From: Promethearchaeota archaeon
GTDB lineage: Archaea > Asgardarchaeota > Lokiarchaeia > Sigyniarchaeales > SOKP01
DNA: 52,085 nucleotides
Assembly: GCA_019894975.1 (NCBI GenBank)
Contig: JAGXNO010000025.1
Location: forward strand, 1 to 52,085
Direction of reading: 5' to 3'
In this document: piece after piece, positions 47,898-52,085 of the stretch
Layout of the letters: the number at the start of each line of letters is the position of its first letter
Numbering within the stretch: the stretch's first letter is position 1
Program-made: the position numbers and the translations under genes
The notes under the pieces: model-generated
What the model was told of the DNA's origin: nothing
Databases searched by the model: none
The model's input: the letters and a program-made list of their open reading frames with translations, nothing else

Positions 47898-49295
47898 ATG
47901 GGTGGTCTTTTCGGAGTTTTTTCAAATGAAGATTGTATAGACGATTTATTCTTTGGGACTGACTATCATAGCCATTTGGGAACCGTAAGAGGCGGTTTGG
48001 CAGTTAAAAATTCTGGTGGATTTCAAAGATTTATAAAAAACATTACAACTTCTCAATTCAGGTCAAAATTTGAAAAGGATATCAAGAAAATGCACGGTAA
48101 CAAAGGAATTGGTGTAATTAGTGATTTTGAAGATCAACCTTTGATAATAAATTCACGATTAGGTGTATTTGCAATTTCTACAGTAGGGAAAATAAATAAT
48201 CTTGATCAAATAGCAGAAGAAGCATTAAAAAACGGAAATCATTTTTCAGAAATGCATGGTGGTGAAATCAATCCTACAGAAATGGTTGCGACAATAATTA
48301 GTCAAGGTCAAACCTTTGAAGAAGGAATACAAAAAGCACAAAATATGATTGATGGCTCGTGTACAATGCTTTTATTAACTGAGGAAGGAATTTATGCCGC
48401 AAGAGATAAGTTAGGCAGAACACCCCTTATTTTGGGAGAAAAACCTGGTGCTTATGCTGTTACTATGGAAACTAGTGCTTTCCCAAATCTGGGTTATAAA
48501 ATATCAAAATACCTTGGACCTGGTGAGGTTGTCTTTATAAACGGAGAAGGATTTGAACAAAAAATTCCTCCTGGAGATAGGTTGCAAATTTGTTCATTTC
48601 TATGGGTTTATTATGGATATCCTGCATCCAATTACGAAGGAATTAATGTAGAAGTTGTTCGCTATAAATGTGGCTCTTATTTGGCAAGAAATGATGATGT
48701 AGAAATTGATATAGTAGCAGGTATCCCCGATTCTGGCACAGCACATGGTTTGGGATATGCAAATGAGGCAAAAGTTCCTTATTCACGACCTTATGTAAAA
48801 TATACTCCAACTTGGCCTCGAAGTTTTATGCCTCAAGATCAATCAATAAGAGATCTGGTTGCCATTATGAAGCTCATCCCAATTAAAGAGTTAATTAAAG
48901 ACAAACGCCTTCTTTTCTGCGAGGATTCAATCGTTCGAGGAACCCAGCTTAAAAAAACAATCCAGCGTTTATTTGATTCTGGTGCAAAAGAAGTTCACAT
49001 GCGACCTGCTTGTCCGCCATTAGTATATGGTTGTAAATTTCTCAATTTCTCTCGTTCTCGATCTGAATTAGATTTAGCGGGACGATGGGCTATAAAAGAA
49101 TTGATTGGGAGAGATATTGGAGATCCTGCGGGATATATTGACCCGGAATCTGATAATTATAAAGCTATGGTTGAAGTAATCCGCAAAAGGCTAGGTTTAA
49201 CAACATTACAATACCAGAAACTTGAGGACTTAGTGAATGCCATTGGGTTACCTAAAGAAAAGTTATGCACCTATTGTTGGGATGGGGTAGAATAA
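47898..49295 (+). CDS. purF: Amidophosphoribosyltransferase paralog lacking the N-terminal catalytic Cys
   Basis: Starts MGGLFG (no Cys1). Has ARDKLGRTPL, GIPDSG, PRPP loop EDSIVRGT, and Fe-S Cys in ICSF, GCKF and CTYC. Confidence 0.75.
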   Translation: MGGLFGVFSNEDCIDDLFFGTDYHSHLGTVRGGLAVKNSGGFQRFIKNITTSQFRSKFEKDIKKMHGNKGIGVISDFEDQPLIINSRLGVFAISTVGKINNLDQIAEEALKNGNHFSEMHGGEINPTEMVATIISQGQTFEEGIQKAQNMIDGSCTMLLLTEEGIYAARDKLGRTPLILGEKPGAYAVTMETSAFPNLGYKISKYLGPGEVVFINGEGFEQKIPPGDRLQICSFLWVYYGYPASNYEGINVEVVRYKCGSYLARNDDVEIDIVAGIPDSGTAHGLGYANEAKVPYSRPYVKYTPTWPRSFMPQDQSIRDLVAIMKLIPIKELIKDKRLLFCEDSIVRGTQLKKTIQRLFDSGAKEVHMRPACPPLVYGCKFLNFSRSRSELDLAGRWAIKELIGRDIGDPAGYIDPESDNYKAMVEVIRKRLGLTTLQYQKLEDLVNAIGLPKEKLCTYCWDGVE

Positions 49296-49308
49296 CCAAC
49301 CTTATTTA

Positions 49309-50805
49309 TTAAGCTCTACTTTTAACAATTGACTTTTCCATTTCTGCCAATTTTTGCACAGATTTCAGCGGATATATCCCTGTTAAACATGCTAAACATA
49401 ATTCGCTTTGATTTTTTTGAAGTGCTTTCATCAGACATTCAATAGTTTGATATATTAAAGTGTCTGCTCCTGTTTTTTTTCGAATTTCTTCAATGTAATC
49501 TTCACCATAGAGTTCTTGAAACCTTCCAGCGATTAATTCATTTTTTGTAGGAAAATCAATTCCCATATAACATGGACTAATGATAGGAGGGGAACTTATG
49601 CGTAAGTGAACCTGTTTTGCTTCCCCCTTATCCTTTAAAAGTGCAATAATTTGCTGCGTTGTAGTTCCCCTGACAATTGAATCATCTAAGAGGATAACAT
49701 CCTTACCGGAAATAACACTCTTGATTGGATTTAGTTTTTCTTTTACTGCTATTTTTCGTTTTGCTTGACCTGGTATAATAAAAGTTCTGTGAACATATCT
49801 ATTTTTCATCAATCCTTCTACATATGGTAGTTTAGCCTCTTTCGCATATCCTACAGCGAAACTTCGTCCTGAATCAGGAACAGGTACTACTACAGCATTG
49901 TCTCTTATTTCAGAATTCATTAAAATAGGATCATTTTTAGCTAGATATTCACCTAATCTCAATCTTGCTTCTGCAACTGAAACACCATCTATTGTCGAAT
50001 CTGGTCTAGCAAAATATACGAATTCGAATTGACATAATGCAGTTCTGTTTGATTTTATAATAATTTCAGAGTGAATGTCTTTTTGATGGCTTAGGTGCAC
50101 TATTTCACCAGGTAAAACATCTCTTATTAAATCTCCACCTACAACATCTATAGCACAAGATTCAGATGCCACAAAATAGATATTTCTCTTAGTGTTTTTT
50201 AATTCACCAATACAGAGAGGCTTAAATCCAAGGGGATCTCTCATCGCGTAAATATCTCCTTCAGAAGTCATCAATATTAAGGAATATGAGCCATCCAACA
50301 GTCTACCAGCTAATGTTAAAACTTCTGGCCAGTCTTCTGATCCTAAAGCAATCGAACCAATTAGTTGTGCTATAACCTCAGTATCGGTATCAGTAATGAA
50401 CACACGTCCCATTTCATCCATATTTTTTTTAACTTCATCAAAATTAGCAATTGTTCCATTAAAAGCCATCGAAAATTCAATTTCGTTATTCTTAAAGTGA
50501 AATGGTTGCATGTAATCGGTAGATTTATATCCTGTTGCTCCCGTGGTGGCATACCTATTATGTCCAATACCTACATTTCCCCAATACTGAGACAAAACTT
50601 TACTTTCTAAAACTTTTGAAACTAAGCCACTTTTTTTGTAAGTTATAATATTACCACCCGTCTTTAAGATTGAAATACCTGTTGATTCTTGTCCTCGATG
50701 TTGTAACGCCATTAATCCTTGATATAAGAGTTTAGATACAGAATAACCTATATCATCAGAAATAACACCAAAAATAGCGCAATGGTCTTTTACTTTATCT
50801 CTCAT
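49309..50805 (-). CDS. purF: Amidophosphoribosyltransferase (canonical, with propeptide)
   Basis: KDH|CAIFG, LQHRGQES, GHNRYAT, CQFEFVYFARPDS, DDSIVRGTT, CYMGID, CLAC. Confidence 0.93.
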   Translation of the reverse strand: MRDKVKDHCAIFGVISDDIGYSVSKLLYQGLMALQHRGQESTGISILKTGGNIITYKKSGLVSKVLESKVLSQYWGNVGIGHNRYATTGATGYKSTDYMQPFHFKNNEIEFSMAFNGTIANFDEVKKNMDEMGRVFITDTDTEVIAQLIGSIALGSEDWPEVLTLAGRLLDGSYSLILMTSEGDIYAMRDPLGFKPLCIGELKNTKRNIYFVASESCAIDVVGGDLIRDVLPGEIVHLSHQKDIHSEIIIKSNRTALCQFEFVYFARPDSTIDGVSVAEARLRLGEYLAKNDPILMNSEIRDNAVVVPVPDSGRSFAVGYAKEAKLPYVEGLMKNRYVHRTFIIPGQAKRKIAVKEKLNPIKSVISGKDVILLDDSIVRGTTTQQIIALLKDKGEAKQVHLRISSPPIISPCYMGIDFPTKNELIAGRFQELYGEDYIEEIRKKTGADTLIYQTIECLMKALQKNQSELCLACLTGIYPLKSVQKLAEMEKSIVKSRA

Positions 50806-50940
50806 TTTTATTCTAAATTGTTTAAAGAGCTTTCTAGTGTGATAATTAAGAGAAGAACTTTAATTATCTTCAATTAATTTAAATCATAAATAATTTTTAA
50901 TAATTAGTCTAATTGATTATTAACTATTTTATATAAAATC

Positions 50941-51621
50941 GTGTCAAGTATAAGAAATAAAACTAAATACTTAGCTGTGTCTATTTTAATCGGAGGTAGA
51001 AGTACTCGTTTTGGAAGTGATAAAGGTCTTTTCGAATACTTAGGGAAGCCTTTAATATCTCATCAACTTGATACATTGAGCAATCTTAATCACGATATTT
51101 TCTTAGTAGCCAATTCAAAGGAACAAGTTCAAAATTATATCGATCGGATCGATATTAAATACATTACAGGATTTATCATAGATGAAAATAATGTCTTACC
51201 TGATTTCAAATCACATACTCCGATGATTGGTTTATATTCCGCTTCAAAAGAACTTAAGAATTTAGCATATGAAAAAACACTTGTAATTGCATGTGATACT
51301 CCATTAATTAAATATGATGTTTTAGAACTTTTAATTAAGCAATCAATTGGATATGATTGTTGTATTCCTCAATGGAATAATAATTTTGTTGAACCACTCT
51401 TTGCTACTTATTCAATTAAAAAATTGCTTAGAAAGGTAAAAGAAAATTTTAAGGAAAATAATCTTAAATTGTCAAATCTTTTAGATAAAAGCTGGAAAAT
51501 TAACTATCTGTCTATTGAAAATGTAATTAAGCCAATAGATAAAAAACTTCTGACTTTTTTTAATATTAACACTTCAAAAGATATTGAAAAGTTAATTAAT
51601 ATCCAAGGAGATAAGACCTAA
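50941..51621 (+). CDS. mobA: Molybdenum cofactor guanylyltransferase
   Basis: ILIGGRSTRFGSDKG, IACDTP, EPLFA, FFNINT. Confidence 0.88.
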   Translation: MSSIRNKTKYLAVSILIGGRSTRFGSDKGLFEYLGKPLISHQLDTLSNLNHDIFLVANSKEQVQNYIDRIDIKYITGFIIDENNVLPDFKSHTPMIGLYSASKELKNLAYEKTLVIACDTPLIKYDVLELLIKQSIGYDCCIPQWNNNFVEPLFATYSIKKLLRKVKENFKENNLKLSNLLDKSWKINYLSIENVIKPIDKKLLTFFNINTSKDIEKLINIQGDKT

Positions 51622-51678
51622 CCAACTTCTTTAATTTATTTAACCTTTACATAATAAAAAAAAGAATGTTATATGATA

Positions 51679-52085
51679 TTAATCTAGTGTAGCTCCTCCT
51701 ATTATTCCTAGAACTCCGCCACCAATGGCTAAAAATGATCCAATCCATAAACCCCAAGATACCCCAGGTTGACTCCCAAACAAAAGACTATCAACCGATC
51801 CTAATAATGCCGCTAAATCTTCGAAAGGTCCAATTTCAAGTGCCGCGAAAATTATATATATAATTGGACCAGCTAACATAACTAATCCTCCCAATGCACC
51901 AATCAATTTATTCTCTACTAAGCCACCTAGAATAGCTAGAGCTCCACCCGCAACAACTAATATCCCTACAATTAACCAAATGATTTCTTCTGAATAATCA
52001 GGATCAATAGGAGTACCTCCAGTCTCTCCCGCAACAAACCCAAATCCTCCTTCCCATATCTTTATTACTGCACCTGCATCTAGTC
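51679..52085 (-). CDS. Gly-rich multi-TM membrane protein, C-terminal part (start beyond the window)
   Basis: The frame stays open to the window end (LDAGAVIKIWEGGFG...IIWLIVGILVVAGGALAILGG...) with at least 3 TM helices. Confidence 0.7.
   Translation of the reverse strand, partial: LDAGAVIKIWEGGFGFVAGETGGTPIDPDYSEEIIWLIVGILVVAGGALAILGGLVENKLIGALGGLVMLAGPIIYIIFAALEIGPFEDLAALLGSVDSLLFGSQPGVSWGLWIGSFLAIGGGVLGIIGGATLD

Noticed and set aside
51679-52085. Possible claudin/PMP22-like topology of the truncated membrane protein
   Set aside because: The N-terminus is outside the window and the resemblance is too weak to support by eye.

Overview
This is an AT-rich (~30% GC) archaeal window. Gene content and a eukaryote-type SECIS point to an Asgard archaeon, probably Lokiarchaeia (inference). 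The left part holds housekeeping and metabolic genes: Ogg, an M29 aminopeptidase broken by one in-frame TGA, an aminotransferase, an ADP-forming acyl-CoA synthetase with a DRTGG partner, an ABC exporter, cyclophilin, a coiled-coil/HEAT protein, EndoV and CooC. The centre has a vhuG-vhuA-vhuU-hdrC-hdrB hydrogenase/heterodisulfide reductase operon. vhuU is a 49-aa selenoprotein gene missing from the ORF track, and its AUGA/GA SECIS overlaps its own stop codon. Next comes an ~11 kb island with a System I cytochrome c maturation set (ccmC, unannotated ccmD, Cys-type truncated ccmE, ccmB, ccmA, ccmF; no ccmG/H). It is interleaved with three exported, membrane-anchored proteins. Each has exactly one cysteine, in an H-x(2-4)-C-H motif instead of CxxCH. 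One sits on a 14-repeat stalk and one is fused to a cytochrome b561-like domain. This is the best candidate for an undescribed system: Ccm-dependent single-Cys (or His/Cys) heme attachment to surface proteins. The right part holds FAD- and Fe-S oxidoreductases, hypE/D/F, a PI-PLC-like gene, hisFH, two convergent purF paralogs and mobA. No rRNA, tRNA, CRISPR array or transposase was recognised.
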